A stretch of DNA of 61,565 bases, the filler included, from Chthonomonadaceae bacterium (GTDB lineage Bacteria; Armatimonadota; Chthonomonadetes; Chthonomonadales; Chthonomonadaceae), in NCBI GenBank assembly GCA_035650735.1. It is 3 parts of 3 records of this genome, joined end to end, with 100 filler letters (N's around TTAATTAATTAA, not from the genome) between each part and the next. Parts side by side here need not be neighbours in the genome. Positions count along the whole stretch, not along the records: positions 1 to 22,665 come from DASRGZ010000212.1; 2 more parts are not named here. The stretch is one strand, 5' to 3'. Positions 10,008-19,414 of this stretch are shown piece after piece. Position 1 is the stretch's first letter. Every line of letters begins with the position of its first letter. The notes under the pieces are model-generated. The model saw only the letters and a program-made list of their open reading frames with translations, did no database searches and had not been told where the DNA came from. A program made the position numbers and the translations under genes.

Positions 10008-10862
10008 TCAGGCAAGAGGGATGTCGGCGGCGAGCAGCGCGGCGCGCACCGCCTCTCGCACGCGCATCTGCGCGGCGGGAAGGTCGCGCGGGTCGGAGAC
10101 GACGGCAACGCGCACCGTAATGGAAGTGGCGCTGAAGGCGGTGATGCCCAGCACGCGCGGAGGGTTTTTCAGATAATGCGCCTCAGAGTTGGCAAAGAGA
10201 GCCTCGCCCGCCGTATTAATGGCTTTCACGACCTGGTTGAGGTCGGCGGCGGCGCCGACGTTGACCTCGATGAAGTCTTCCAGCGGATAGCGCGAGAGGT
10301 TGGTGACCGTGCCGATGTCGCCATTGGAAATATGGTGCAGGCGTCCCGTAACGTCGATCACGCGGGTTACACGCATTCCCATCTCCTGCACCTGGCCGGT
10401 GATCGCGCCGATGGTGACCGTATCGCCGACGACGAACAGGTTATCTATGACGATGAAGAAGCCGGAGATGACATCCCGCACCAGTTTCTGTGCGCCGAAT
10501 CCGATGGCAAGCCCAAGCACGCCCGCCGTCGTGATGAACGGCATAATGTTGAAGCCGAGCGCCTGTAGGAAGAGAATGCCGAAGAGGAAAAACAGAACGT
10601 AGCCTACGACGCTGCGGAACAACCCTTGCAGCGTTTGCAGGCGGGCCGCGCGCTCCTCTGACAGGCCGATGCGGGACTCGTGGGACAGTACACGCTCCAG
10701 TATGCTATCAATGAGGCGAAACAGCAGCCAGCGCAGAAGCAGATAGGCGAGGACGACGCCGACAGCCTGAAGTAGCGAATAGAAGCTATGCTCGGTGACC
10801 GTGTTCCAGATGTTGAGCCAGAACTGCCGCTGGAAGAAATTGGGCGGCGTATCCTTATTCAC
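10008..10862 (-). CDS. Small-conductance mechanosensitive channel (MscS family)
   Basis: AGVLGLAIGFGAQKLVRDVISGFF, VGDTV, GQVQEMGMRVT. Confidence 0.92.
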   Translation of the reverse strand: MNKDTPPNFFQRQFWLNIWNTVTEHSFYSLLQAVGVVLAYLLLRWLLFRLIDSILERVLSHESRIGLSEERAARLQTLQGLFRSVVGYVLFFLFGILFLQALGFNIMPFITTAGVLGLAIGFGAQKLVRDVISGFFIVIDNLFVVGDTVTIGAITGQVQEMGMRVTRVIDVTGRLHHISNGDIGTVTNLSRYPLEDFIEVNVGAAADLNQVVKAINTAGEALFANSEAHYLKNPPRVLGITAFSATSITVRVAVVSDPRDLPAAQMRVREAVRAALLAADIPLA

Positions 10863-13345
10863 CGGGCCAGACCCTCCTTGCGCCGCGCCGCCTCCATCCG
10901 CCAGAGAATAGCCTCCAGCAGCCCGGTCTTATCCGCGTCGGCGTCTTCCAGGTCAAGGCGGGCCGACTCGCGCCACATCGCGGCCTTGCGCGTATTGCGC
11001 TCGTCGGTGGGGATGCGCGCGGGCAGCGCATCGTAGGGGCGCAGATCGGGCGCGGCGGTCCAGACATCCAGAATGGGATCGGCCAGGTCGTCATACTGGC
11101 TCATCGGCGGCAGATGCAGCAGGCGCTCGATAGTGGCATAGAGGCCGGCCTGGGAATAGTGGTGGGAGGTGATCGCGCCGGGGCGCACCCATGGGCTGGC
11201 GATAAGCAGGATGTTGCGGTGGGCATCCACATGGTCGCGCCCATCCTGGCTGTCGTCCTCGCAGACAAAGATGGCGGTATCGCGCCAGTAGCGGCTGTGG
11301 CTGATAGCTTCGATGATTCTGCCGGTCGCCACATCGTTATCGGCGACCATGGCACGGGGCGTGCGGCTGCCCAGGCGGGCCCCGGCGGTGTGATCGTTGG
11401 GAAGCCAGATATAGGAGAAGGCCGGGAAGAGGCCGCTCTTGAACTCGCGCAGCCACTCCTCGGCCCGCTGCGTATCCGGGTACTCCAGATCCCAGCCGCG
11501 ATAGTGGGGATCATACTTGTCGGCGAGTCCCGGCAGCGGCCTGCCGCCCTTGCCGATGCGCACGACATCACCGTACATCCGGCAGGAGACGCCGTGGCGG
11601 ACGCAATGGTCTAAGCTGTAGCCGAGGGCCGGGTAGGAGATAGGCGAGAGAGGGGAGTCGGCCAGGCGCCCGCGCGGGGTATAGTAGGCCATCCAGGTCT
11701 TCTCGACGTAATCCGGGCAGTTGGCGCCAAGCGTCCACTGGTGGCCCTGCGCGCTGATCTCGCCATCGCTATAGAAGTTATCGCCGGTGGCGAAGCGGTC
11801 AGCGAGCGCATGCAGGTTGGGCGTGACCTCGGCCCCGAACATCGTCAGGGACGGGTCGCCGTTGCCCTGCGGGCGGTCGCCCAGCACCTGATCATATGTT
11901 CGGTTCTCCCGCACGATCAGGACGCAGTGCGTGATAGGTGGGAGGCGCTTATCCGCTTGCGACCCTGCTCTCGCTCCAGAGAACCTAACCCCCCAGCCCC
12001 CTTCCCTGGGAGGGAAGGGGGTAACCCGGCTTCTCCCTTCTCCTGTTCTTGAGTAAGGAATGCTCTGACTTCTGCTCTCCCTTCTCCCTTGCAGGGAGAA
12101 GGGTCGGGGATAAGGGGAGATAGAGGAGGACGGAAGAGCCTGAGAGTGAGGTGCTCTCCCCTCCCCTGTTCTTGGGGGAGGGGTAAGGGGGTGAGGGCTA
12201 TATCCGTTATTGCGTGCGACCTGCTCCAGGCCGTTCTTGGTTGCCTGGGTGGGGATGGCCGAGAGCGTGCCGTTCATCATGTGGCCGATATAGCCACCGT
12301 TCGCGTTGGGGCCGCTGCCGACGCCCTTGCTGTTGATGACGTAGAGGGTCTGGCCATCGCGCGTGCAGAGCAGGTTGGTTGGGTACCAGCCAGCGGGATA
12401 GGCGTTTTGCGGCTTGCGGGTACGGGTATCGTAGGCGACGACGGCGTTGTTGCCGGCGAGCGCAACGTAGAGGGTTTTGCCGTTGGGGGAAAGGGCCAAG
12501 CCATTAGGGATGCTGCCGTAGGGCGCGTTCGGGTAGGGGCCGACGGCAATATCGGCCAGCTTCCTATCCGCCGCCGTATCCAGGATAGAGACGGTATCGG
12601 TATTGGCGTTGGCGACGTAGGCGCGCTTGCCGTCGGCGGAGACGACGACCGCGCAGGGCAACCCGCCCGTGGGAATAGTTTTGAGCCGGGCGCGCGTGCG
12701 TGTATTTAGCACGGAGACAGTCCCCTCGCCCCAGAGCGTCACGTAGGCTTTGCGCCCGTCGGGAGTGAGCGCGATGGCGAAGGGAAGCAGCCCCGCCGTG
12801 ATCCGTCCCGTTTCGGCGTGTCTGACCGTGTCCAGCACGGCGACGCGCGTGGAGAGATTGCAGGTGACGTAGAGCGTCCTGCCGTCCGGGGCCAGGGCCA
12901 TGCCGGTCGGATAGCCGAGGATGGGAATAGAGGGCGCGGGCGTGAGTTTACCGTCCGCAAAGGAAAACTCCAGCACCGCCTGCGCGCCGCCGCCTGCCGC
13001 CCAGACCCGCCTTCCATCCGGGGAAACGACCACGCCGTTGAAGACGATCCGCACGGGCAATGTCTGTCGGATCCTGCCGGTTGCCGCCTCGACGACTTGC
13101 AGCGATTGCGGCCCCGCGCCGTTGTTGACCACGATCAGGTACTTGCCATCCGGCGTGGCGGCCAGGCCGAGCGGAAAGTTGCCGAGCATGGTCTGCCTTC
13201 CGGCGGGCGTAATCAGGCGCCCGTTGGGCAGTATCCAGGTTCCCGGCTCTGCGGCGACCGGGCCGGTGGGACGATCTCCGGCGGGCGTCTCGGCCCAGGC
13301 AGGCAGGCCAATAAGCAGCGCAAGCACGATACCAAGCAGGCGCAA
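10859..13345 (-). CDS. Secreted YVTN/YncE beta-propeller plus phosphoesterase, with in-frame repeat insertion in the linker
   Basis: Signal peptide, propeller repeats (SPDG/TPDG), ENRTYDQVLGD, LPNDHT, EDDSQDGRDHVDAHR. Confidence 0.88.
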   Translation of the reverse strand: MRLLGIVLALLIGLPAWAETPAGDRPTGPVAAEPGTWILPNGRLITPAGRQTMLGNFPLGLAATPDGKYLIVVNNGAGPQSLQVVEAATGRIRQTLPVRIVFNGVVVSPDGRRVWAAGGGAQAVLEFSFADGKLTPAPSIPILGYPTGMALAPDGRTLYVTCNLSTRVAVLDTVRHAETGRITAGLLPFAIALTPDGRKAYVTLWGEGTVSVLNTRTRARLKTIPTGGLPCAVVVSADGKRAYVANANTDTVSILDTAADRKLADIAVGPYPNAPYGSIPNGLALSPNGKTLYVALAGNNAVVAYDTRTRKPQNAYPAGWYPTNLLCTRDGQTLYVINSKGVGSGPNANGGYIGHMMNGTLSAIPTQATKNGLEQVARNNGYSPHPLTPPPRTGEGRAPHSQALPSSSISPYPRPFSLQGRRESRSQSIPYSRTGEGRSRVTPFPPREGGWGVRFSGARAGSQADKRLPPITHCVLIVRENRTYDQVLGDRPQGNGDPSLTMFGAEVTPNLHALADRFATGDNFYSDGEISAQGHQWTLGANCPDYVEKTWMAYYTPRGRLADSPLSPISYPALGYSLDHCVRHGVSCRMYGDVVRIGKGGRPLPGLADKYDPHYRGWDLEYPDTQRAEEWLREFKSGLFPAFSYIWLPNDHTAGARLGSRTPRAMVADNDVATGRIIEAISHSRYWRDTAIFVCEDDSQDGRDHVDAHRNILLIASPWVRPGAITSHHYSQAGLYATIERLLHLPPMSQYDDLADPILDVWTAAPDLRPYDALPARIPTDERNTRKAAMWRESARLDLEDADADKTGLLEAILWRMEAARRKEGLAR
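11983..12198. repeat. Family A palindrome cluster inserted in frame within the phosphoesterase gene
   Basis: ACCTAACCCCCCAGCCCCCTTCCC...GGGAAGGGGG...GGGGTGAGGGC; about 216 bp, translated as PHPLTPPPRTGEG...PFPPREGGWGVR. Confidence 0.85.
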
Positions 13346-13378
13346 CAGTTCCTCCCTCCAACGCGATGTTCGGGCTTC

Positions 13379-13407
13379 ATCTTAGCAGGCGCAGAGGGGC
13401 CTGTCAA
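13379..13407 (-). promoter_or_regulatory. Sigma70-type promoter for the phosphoesterase-mscS operon
   Basis: TTGACA-N17-TAAGAT on the minus strand just upstream of the start. Confidence 0.65.
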
Positions 13408-13416
13408 GGCATCGCC

Positions 13417-13714
13417 GCTCTTGTTGCTGCGAATGGATTCGCCTGGTTACAAGGGTCGAGAACGGAAAGGCCTAGGGCCGGCCCAAAGCTATTCAGTTTT
13501 CCTTGCGTGCGGCTAAAGCCGCAGCAACAAGAGCACAAAGTCGCCCTCCGGCGACTGCCCTCACCCCCGCCCCCTACTGCCAGGGGCGGGGCTACAATGG
13601 TTCGCCCCTCCGCCTTGCGATCCACGCTGCGGCAGAGGGAAGCAACGAACCCGCGCAGGCGGGTTTAGTGCCTTGGTTGCCGCGAATTTATTCGCCCGGT
13701 TACAAGGGCCGGCC
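13417..13714. repeat. REP-doublet-like cluster (family C) containing a family A element that contains a family D unit
   Basis: Direct copies GCGAAT(GG/TT)ATTCGCC.GGTTACAAGGG in 13418-13458 and 13671-13711; inverted GCTCTTGTTGCTGC/GCAGCAACAAGAGC; A at 13557-13640; D at 13576-13620. Confidence 0.8.
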
Positions 13715-13784
13715 TATCTCTATAGGATTCCAGGGCAGCGGCGTCGAAGAGCGATGACATCCCGAAAGGACAGGAGGCCGCTAT

Positions 13785-14966
13785 ATGGACAAGCGCGCGG
13801 AGATGCTGATGTGCCTGGTTTTGCCGATGCCCGCCTTGCTCTTCGTCCTGGGCACGACTCCCCTCGTCCCTCTCAACGGCGGATTGGACACCGACGGGCG
13901 CTTCTACGCAGCGATGGCCCTCCGCTCTCCCGGCGAAAACGCGCATCTCGCTCCCTGGTGCTGGCGGATTCTGACGCCTTGTCTCGCCTCGACGCTGCCC
14001 TTCGGGCTGATCGCCAATTTCAAGGTGCTGGCCTTCTTCTCGAACTGGCTATCCCTGGTATTGATCTATCTTCTCCTGCGCCGGATGGAGAGGCCGCGCT
14101 ATGCGGCCCTGTTAGGAACGCTGCTCTACGCCGGGGTTTTCTGGACGCTCAAGTTCTCCTTCTATTCGCCCACCTACATTGACTACCAGACCCAGACCTT
14201 TCTCCTGGCTGCCCTCTATCTGATGGTCCGGCAGACATACGGGCCGATCCCTATCCTGCTGGCCGTCGGCGTGCTGCAAAAGGAGACCCTGCTGCTGCTG
14301 GGGCCGGTCGTCTACGTGCACTATGCCCGGACGCACGGCTGGGGCAGCAAGAGATCGCTGCTTTACCTCACCGCCCTGCTGCTCTTGCCGTTTCTGGCGC
14401 ATCAAGCCGTGCAGAGCGCGATTTCGGCCATCAACCGGTATTCGGCGGTGGATACATATCTGGAGAACCTGGTGGATCAGACCACTTGGCTTGGGTTCTG
14501 GCCCCGCTTCCTGCTGGAAATCTGTAGCGGACTGGGCCTGCTGCCCTGCCTGGTACTCTATCGGGCGAGAGAGGCGGCCCATTTCCTGCGGCGGCAGCCC
14601 GAATGGGCGTGGCAGATCGGGATTGGCGTCGTGCTGCTCTTCGGCGGGATAGATAAAGCGCGCCTGTTTCTCTTTATGCTGCCCGCACTCATCGTGGTTG
14701 CGGCGTATCTGCTAGACCAGCTACAGCTACTCACAAGCGTCTCTGGCCGCGCCTGGATCGCCATCACGGTCTTGCTCCATCTCTACATCGGCCACTACCT
14801 GACGCCGATGGGGACGTTCGCGCGGTATCTGGCGCGCATGGTTCCCATCCACGCGACCACTTCTGTTGTGCCCACTCTTCTAGAGTATGGGACGATTCTG
14901 CTGATCTGGGCCAGCCTGACGGCGCTCCTGGCGCGCGGCAAGCAGCCAGCCGCAGAGTTGGCGTGA
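13785..14966 (+). CDS. Polytopic membrane protein, possibly GT-C glycosyltransferase-like
   Basis: About 10 hydrophobic segments; loop DTDGRFYAAMA..APWCWRILTP after the first TM; later KE motif. Confidence 0.6.
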   Translation: MDKRAEMLMCLVLPMPALLFVLGTTPLVPLNGGLDTDGRFYAAMALRSPGENAHLAPWCWRILTPCLASTLPFGLIANFKVLAFFSNWLSLVLIYLLLRRMERPRYAALLGTLLYAGVFWTLKFSFYSPTYIDYQTQTFLLAALYLMVRQTYGPIPILLAVGVLQKETLLLLGPVVYVHYARTHGWGSKRSLLYLTALLLLPFLAHQAVQSAISAINRYSAVDTYLENLVDQTTWLGFWPRFLLEICSGLGLLPCLVLYRAREAAHFLRRQPEWAWQIGIGVVLLFGGIDKARLFLFMLPALIVVAAYLLDQLQLLTSVSGRAWIAITVLLHLYIGHYLTPMGTFARYLARMVPIHATTSVVPTLLEYGTILLIWASLTALLARGKQPAAELA

Positions 14967-14969
14967 GGA

Positions 14970-15977
14970 TCAGAGGGGCTCGACGCTAACCGGCCTCTGG
15001 GCCGAGGGATCGATCCGAATCGGGTTGCGGAGGGGCCTGCCGTAGCCCTCCACTGCCACCGCCATGACATCCCCATCGGCCAGCGCCACGCCCGCCCCGA
15101 AGCTGAACGCTCCCGTGCCGAAGAAGTGGATGTGCGCGTCACCGGGCCGACGGTGCTGCGGGTATTTGAAGTGGTGGTGCTCCAGGTTGGCCAGCGTGTG
15201 CACCATATGGGCCTCGCCCGTCGCAATAGGATGCGACCAGATCACCTCTCCGTTGCGCTCGATGCGCACGGCGCCGGTGATCTCATCGAAGGGCGCGTCT
15301 ACCGCCAGTTCCGGGCCGAGAGAGCAGGTGCGCAGCTTGGAGGGAGCCAGGTAGAGATAGTTCTTCTTCTCCATCTGGTGGTCGGAGAACTCGTTGCCGA
15401 TGGCAAAGCCGACGCGATAGGGCTGCCCCTCCGTCCCGATGAGATAGGCTCCGGCGATCTCCGGCTCCTCGCCGCCGTCGTCGGCAAAGGCGGGCACCTC
15501 CAGCGGCTCGCCGTGCGCCCGCAGGATCGTCCCACAGCCTTTGTAGAACCACTCCGGCTGCGCCCCGATCTGGCCCGGCTCCGGGCGGCCTCCCGCCACG
15601 CCCCACTCATACATCCGCATGCTGTCGGTCACGACGGGCGGCCCGGCCTGGCCGGATTGGTGCATGGCATCCCGATTCACGGCGCCCTGCCGGTGCGTCA
15701 GTCCCGTGCCGCTCACCAGGCAGCGTGCCGGTTCGTCGGGATGGTCAAAGGCCGGAAGCAGCCGCCACTCTGAGTTCCCGGCATAGATAGGATCGTAATC
15801 CAGAGCCTGGTCGGACAGGTCGGCGGCGACCACCTCGGCCAGCCGCTCCCGGCGCTCGATGGCGGCCAGCGCGCATTCATAAATCGTCGCATGACGCCCC
15901 AGAAGCCACAGCCGCTCCCCTTCCACGACGGCAACACGCCTTCCCTGGCGCGGATGATGAAGTTGAACCAGTCGCAT
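14970..15977 (-). CDS. AraD1/GguC-type fumarylacetoacetate hydrolase superfamily protein
   Basis: SGTGLTH, QPEWFYKG, DGGEEPEIAG, GNEFSDH, NYLYLAPSKLR, NLEHHHFKY, HFFGT. Confidence 0.88.
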   Translation of the reverse strand: MRLVQLHHPRQGRRVAVVEGERLWLLGRHATIYECALAAIERRERLAEVVAADLSDQALDYDPIYAGNSEWRLLPAFDHPDEPARCLVSGTGLTHRQGAVNRDAMHQSGQAGPPVVTDSMRMYEWGVAGGRPEPGQIGAQPEWFYKGCGTILRAHGEPLEVPAFADDGGEEPEIAGAYLIGTEGQPYRVGFAIGNEFSDHQMEKKNYLYLAPSKLRTCSLGPELAVDAPFDEITGAVRIERNGEVIWSHPIATGEAHMVHTLANLEHHHFKYPQHRRPGDAHIHFFGTGAFSFGAGVALADGDVMAVAVEGYGRPLRNPIRIDPSAQRPVSVEPL

Positions 15978-15997
15978 CCTACCCTCTCTTTGAGAGC

Positions 15998-16858
15998 TTA
16001 CCTATCCACCGGCGCATCGGTTGCCTGCCGGCTCTGCCGACGATACGCCCGCCACGCCTCCCAGGAGTCTACGCTGGCCGGGTTCCGTCGGCTGCGGGCG
16101 ACAAAGCCGGGGAAGCGGTCGAAGAGCCAGGCCATGTCGTAACCGGTGGGGCTGTAGCGCAGGTCAATGCTCCAGCGCACATCTTCGGAGTGGTTCCTCA
16201 GTGAGCCGTGAAAGGTGAATCGGCTGAGTATCACGACGTCTCCCACGCGCATCGGCAGGGTGATCGGCGGCTGGCCCATCGTCTCGACATCCTCCACAGG
16301 AACCAGAAACGGCTCTTCGGAGCGCATCGGACGCTGGCCCCATTGGTGGCTGCCCGGAATGACCTTCAAGCAGCCGTTGTGCTCGTCCACGTCAATCAGG
16401 GGAACCCAGACCGTCAGAATGGGGATGGGAATCGACGCCGGGCCATAGTAGGCGCTGTCCTGGTGCCAGGGGTAGGTGATCAGTTTGCCGCCGGGCAGCT
16501 TGGGGCGCACCCAGTAGTCTCCGTTGACGGTGATCTCCGGGCCGATCAGCGATTCGACCACATCCAGCAGGGGAGGATAGACCAGCAGATCATAAACGGC
16601 GCGGCTGAAGACCTCGTTATTCCAGATGCCCAGTTCTTCCCCGGTCTCGCGGTGCATAGCGGCCAGGCGGCGAGTGAAGGGAGCCTCCGTATAGAGCGAC
16701 GTGATCCGGCCCTCAGCATAGAGCTTCTGCGCCTCTCGCTCCACCGCCTTAGCGATGGCGCGGCGCACCGGCTCCAGGCTCGCCTCGTCAACCACGCCCG
16801 GCACGACCACGTAGCCCTGCTCTTCAAAGTGTTGCCGTTGCTGTTCCGTTAGCGCCAT
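15998..16858 (-). CDS. PhyH family dioxygenase
   Basis: FEEQGYVVV, PWHQDSAY, TVWVPL, GCLKVIPGSH, TFHGS, RWSIDLRY. Confidence 0.9.
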   Translation of the reverse strand: MALTEQQRQHFEEQGYVVVPGVVDEASLEPVRRAIAKAVEREAQKLYAEGRITSLYTEAPFTRRLAAMHRETGEELGIWNNEVFSRAVYDLLVYPPLLDVVESLIGPEITVNGDYWVRPKLPGGKLITYPWHQDSAYYGPASIPIPILTVWVPLIDVDEHNGCLKVIPGSHQWGQRPMRSEEPFLVPVEDVETMGQPPITLPMRVGDVVILSRFTFHGSLRNHSEDVRWSIDLRYSPTGYDMAWLFDRFPGFVARSRRNPASVDSWEAWRAYRRQSRQATDAPVDR

Positions 16859-16874
16859 CTGTAGAAACTCCCCG

Positions 16875-17020
16875 CTATTTGAGCAGTTCCTGCCAGTTCT
16901 CGACTTCGAGTATCCGCTCGACTAACTGCTCCAGTGGCTCCAGCGATGTAATGGCTGCAACAGCCGCTTGCGTCTGAGCGTCCGGCGGGCCGAAACGTTT
17001 GCTTCCTAACCGTAGTACTA
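16875..17020 (-). pseudogene. C-terminal remnant of a DUF4351/Rpn-like protein truncated by the IS
   Basis: Hand translation VLRLGSKRFGPPDAQTQAAVAAITSLEPLEQLVERILEVENWQELLK*; frame is not continued on the far side of the IS. Confidence 0.6.
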
Positions 17021-17542
17021 AAGCCTATCTGACAAATGTCATCTCAACCAGAGGACAATCGCCGCCAATGTCACGAAGGCCAAGTAATGGCTCGCTCGCT
17101 TGTTATAGCGGGTTGCCACTCGGCGCCACTGTTTGAGACATAAGATACAGCGCTCTACCACGTTGCGCTCGCCATAGCGCTCCGGGATAAAGACCACCGG
17201 ACGCCCACCGGCCCGCCCCTTCTTGCGGCGGTGCGCGATCTGGGCGTCGCGTGCGGGGATCAAATGCCTTATGCCCCGCCGACGCAGCAGTAGGCGACAG
17301 CGGGGATAACTGTAGCCTTAGTCCGCTTTCAGACCAGGGCGCGCCGGTTCGATCCACCCAAAGGATGCCGTTAATCACCGTGTGATGGTCTTTATCAGGA
17401 TGGCCTCGCCGTCCCGAACGTTGCGGGGGCAGCAAGGGGACAAGACGCTCCCACTGAGCGTCGGTCAAGTCACCACGAGCCAGGAACGTCTTACCTCCGA
17501 GAGGATATTACGAGATTCAGGCTCGATTTGTCAGATAGGCTT
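17021..17542 (-). mobile_element. Internally deleted IS5-family element (non-autonomous)
   Basis: Perfect 17-bp TIRs AAGCCTATCTGACAAAT / ATTTGTCAGATAGGCTT, TA duplication in CTA/TAG context; transposase N-terminus (LTDAQWERL..INGILWVDRTGAPW) joined to C-terminus (AD*GY...RNVVER..LKQWRRVATRY). Confidence 0.9.
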
Positions 17543-17929
17543 TAGAAAACATCAGAAGTATGGGCATAGGATACGACCATGCAATTACAGAGTCCTGCCA
17601 GAAAAATGGAGACAGGGCTGCTTTCCGTCTCCGGATTATTACGAGATTTTGCTGACCATTCGACCCAGGCGTTTCGGATCATCTTGGTTCTATTGGCGGT
17701 TTAGGCATTCTTATAGGTTTCCTCCATCGCCGCTAACTCCGTAATGGTCTTGGTGTGCAGGCGGGCCATGCCTTTCAAGCCTTCCAGCATCTTGCCCCGC
17801 GTGCTGTTGCGCTTAGCTTCTGGAAGTGTCGTTCTAGTAAGCCGAGAACCCGATGCCGCAGTTCTATAGAGGTGGGTGGCATAGCGGTATAATAGTCGTA
17901 AGCAAGCAGCAGGCAGGAGGGTATAACCG

Positions 17930-18254
17930 ATGGGCAAGCATCTGAGCGATACGGAAATCAGCAAGCGCGGACATAGACTGTACGAGCAGGAACTCCGCCA
18001 AAAAGTGCAGACCGAGGAAAATATCGGTAAAATTATCGTTTTCGATGTGGAGACTGGACGTTACGAGATAGACGCCGACGGAATCTAGGCCAACAGACGT
18101 CTGCGCGCGCTACCCGGAGATCGATCCCTAGAACCTCGTTGCTATTCGTATTGGATATGATGCCGTATTTGCTGTAGGCGGTACGCTGACAAGGATTGCT
18201 GAAAAGCGAACGACAGAGTTTACGGGAGGCAGCCCCGCACGGAGGTGCCGTTAA
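17930..18254 (+). pseudogene. Degraded small hypothetical gene (DUF5678-like)
   Basis: TATAAT and AGGAGG upstream; MGKHLSDTEISKRGHRLYEQELRQKVQTEENIGKIIVFDVETGRYEID then TAG at 18086, a frameshift, TAG at 18129, then AIRIGYDAVFAVGG. Confidence 0.65.
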
Positions 18255-18281
18255 TCCTTGCGGGGCCACGAACGTTACCGT

Positions 18282-19220
18282 CTAGCTCAGGTAGCGGGCA
18301 AACCAATCGAGGGTGCGCTTCCAGGCCAGTTTGGCCGCTTCGGGCCGATAGCTTTCCCGCGTGTCGTTGTTGAAGGCATGGCCCGCGTGTTCGTAGACGT
18401 AAATCTCGGCGACCTGGCCGTGATCTTTCAGGGCGGAGCGGAGCTTGGCAGCCTCCGAGGGAGGAATGCCCTGGTCTTCGGCGCCGAAATGGCCCAAGAG
18501 CGGCGCGTGCATCTTCTCAACCAGGTCAATGGGATGGGCCGGCTGATTGGCCGACTTATCGCCGGAGATGCGGCCATAGTAGGCGACGGCGGCGTTGAGG
18601 TCGGGAGCGTTGGCGTCCAGCAGCATGCTGATGCGCCCGCCCCAGCAGAAGCCGACCACGCCGACCTTGCCATTGGAGTCGGGCCGCCCGCGCAAATAGC
18701 GCATCCCCGCTTTCAGGTCATCCATGATCTGGCTGTCCGGGATTTTGCCGACAAACTGCATGAGGGGGCCGAAGCCTTCGGAGGGGGAAGGCGGCGAGCC
18801 TTCGCGGGTGAACAGATCGGGAGCGAGAGCGGTATAGCCGGCCTGAGCCAGCCGACAGGCAACGTCCTTGATGTGATCATTGAGGCCGAATATCTCGTGA
18901 ATGACGATGACTGCGCCGCGCTTACCCTCCGTCTTGGGCGTTGCCAGGAACGCTTTGATGGCGGTCTCTTGCTCCCCGATCTTGGAGGGATAGGTGATGT
19001 CGCGCTTGTCCAGGTTCTCATCCTCCAGGGCGCGTTTAGGCCGGTCCGCATCCTGCGCCGCCGCTTGCGGGCCGAGCACGGCAGCGGTGACCACGCCTGC
19101 CGCGCCGGCGCCCGCGCGTCCGAGGAACGTGCGGCGAGTCAGTTGATCCAGCCTGGGATCGAGCGCGGGATCGATCTCCCGCATTGCGTCATCCTGCGTA
19201 AGCGGGTTGTGGTTACTCAC
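18282..19220 (-). CDS. Dienelactone hydrolase family protein with Tat signal
   Basis: TRRTFL, VIHEIFGLN, APDLF, GFCWGG nucleophile, AGHAFNND; GTG start after AAAGGAG. Confidence 0.9.
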   Translation of the reverse strand: MSNHNPLTQDDAMREIDPALDPRLDQLTRRTFLGRAGAGAAGVVTAAVLGPQAAAQDADRPKRALEDENLDKRDITYPSKIGEQETAIKAFLATPKTEGKRGAVIVIHEIFGLNDHIKDVACRLAQAGYTALAPDLFTREGSPPSPSEGFGPLMQFVGKIPDSQIMDDLKAGMRYLRGRPDSNGKVGVVGFCWGGRISMLLDANAPDLNAAVAYYGRISGDKSANQPAHPIDLVEKMHAPLLGHFGAEDQGIPPSEAAKLRSALKDHGQVAEIYVYEHAGHAFNNDTRESYRPEAAKLAWKRTLDWFARYLS

Positions 19221-19414
19221 GGCCAACACTTCTCCTTTCGCGTTGTCAAAACGTCTCTGCTTTCGCGCCGATGGCCCGGTTCTCCTGCATGAAGGGCTAT
19301 TCCGTTCCCTTCTCTCAGGAACAGAAGAAGTGGGAGCCAGGCAAATCAATATAGGCCGCTCCCCTCCCCTGTTCCTCACCGTCTTAAGCCCGCGCGCCAC
19401 GCCTGGATAGTCGG

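Noticed and set aside
17701..17964. 87-aa ORF next to the IS
   Set aside because: No recognisable family and it overlaps the promoter of the opposite-strand pseudogene; only the last 30 or so codons look protein-like.
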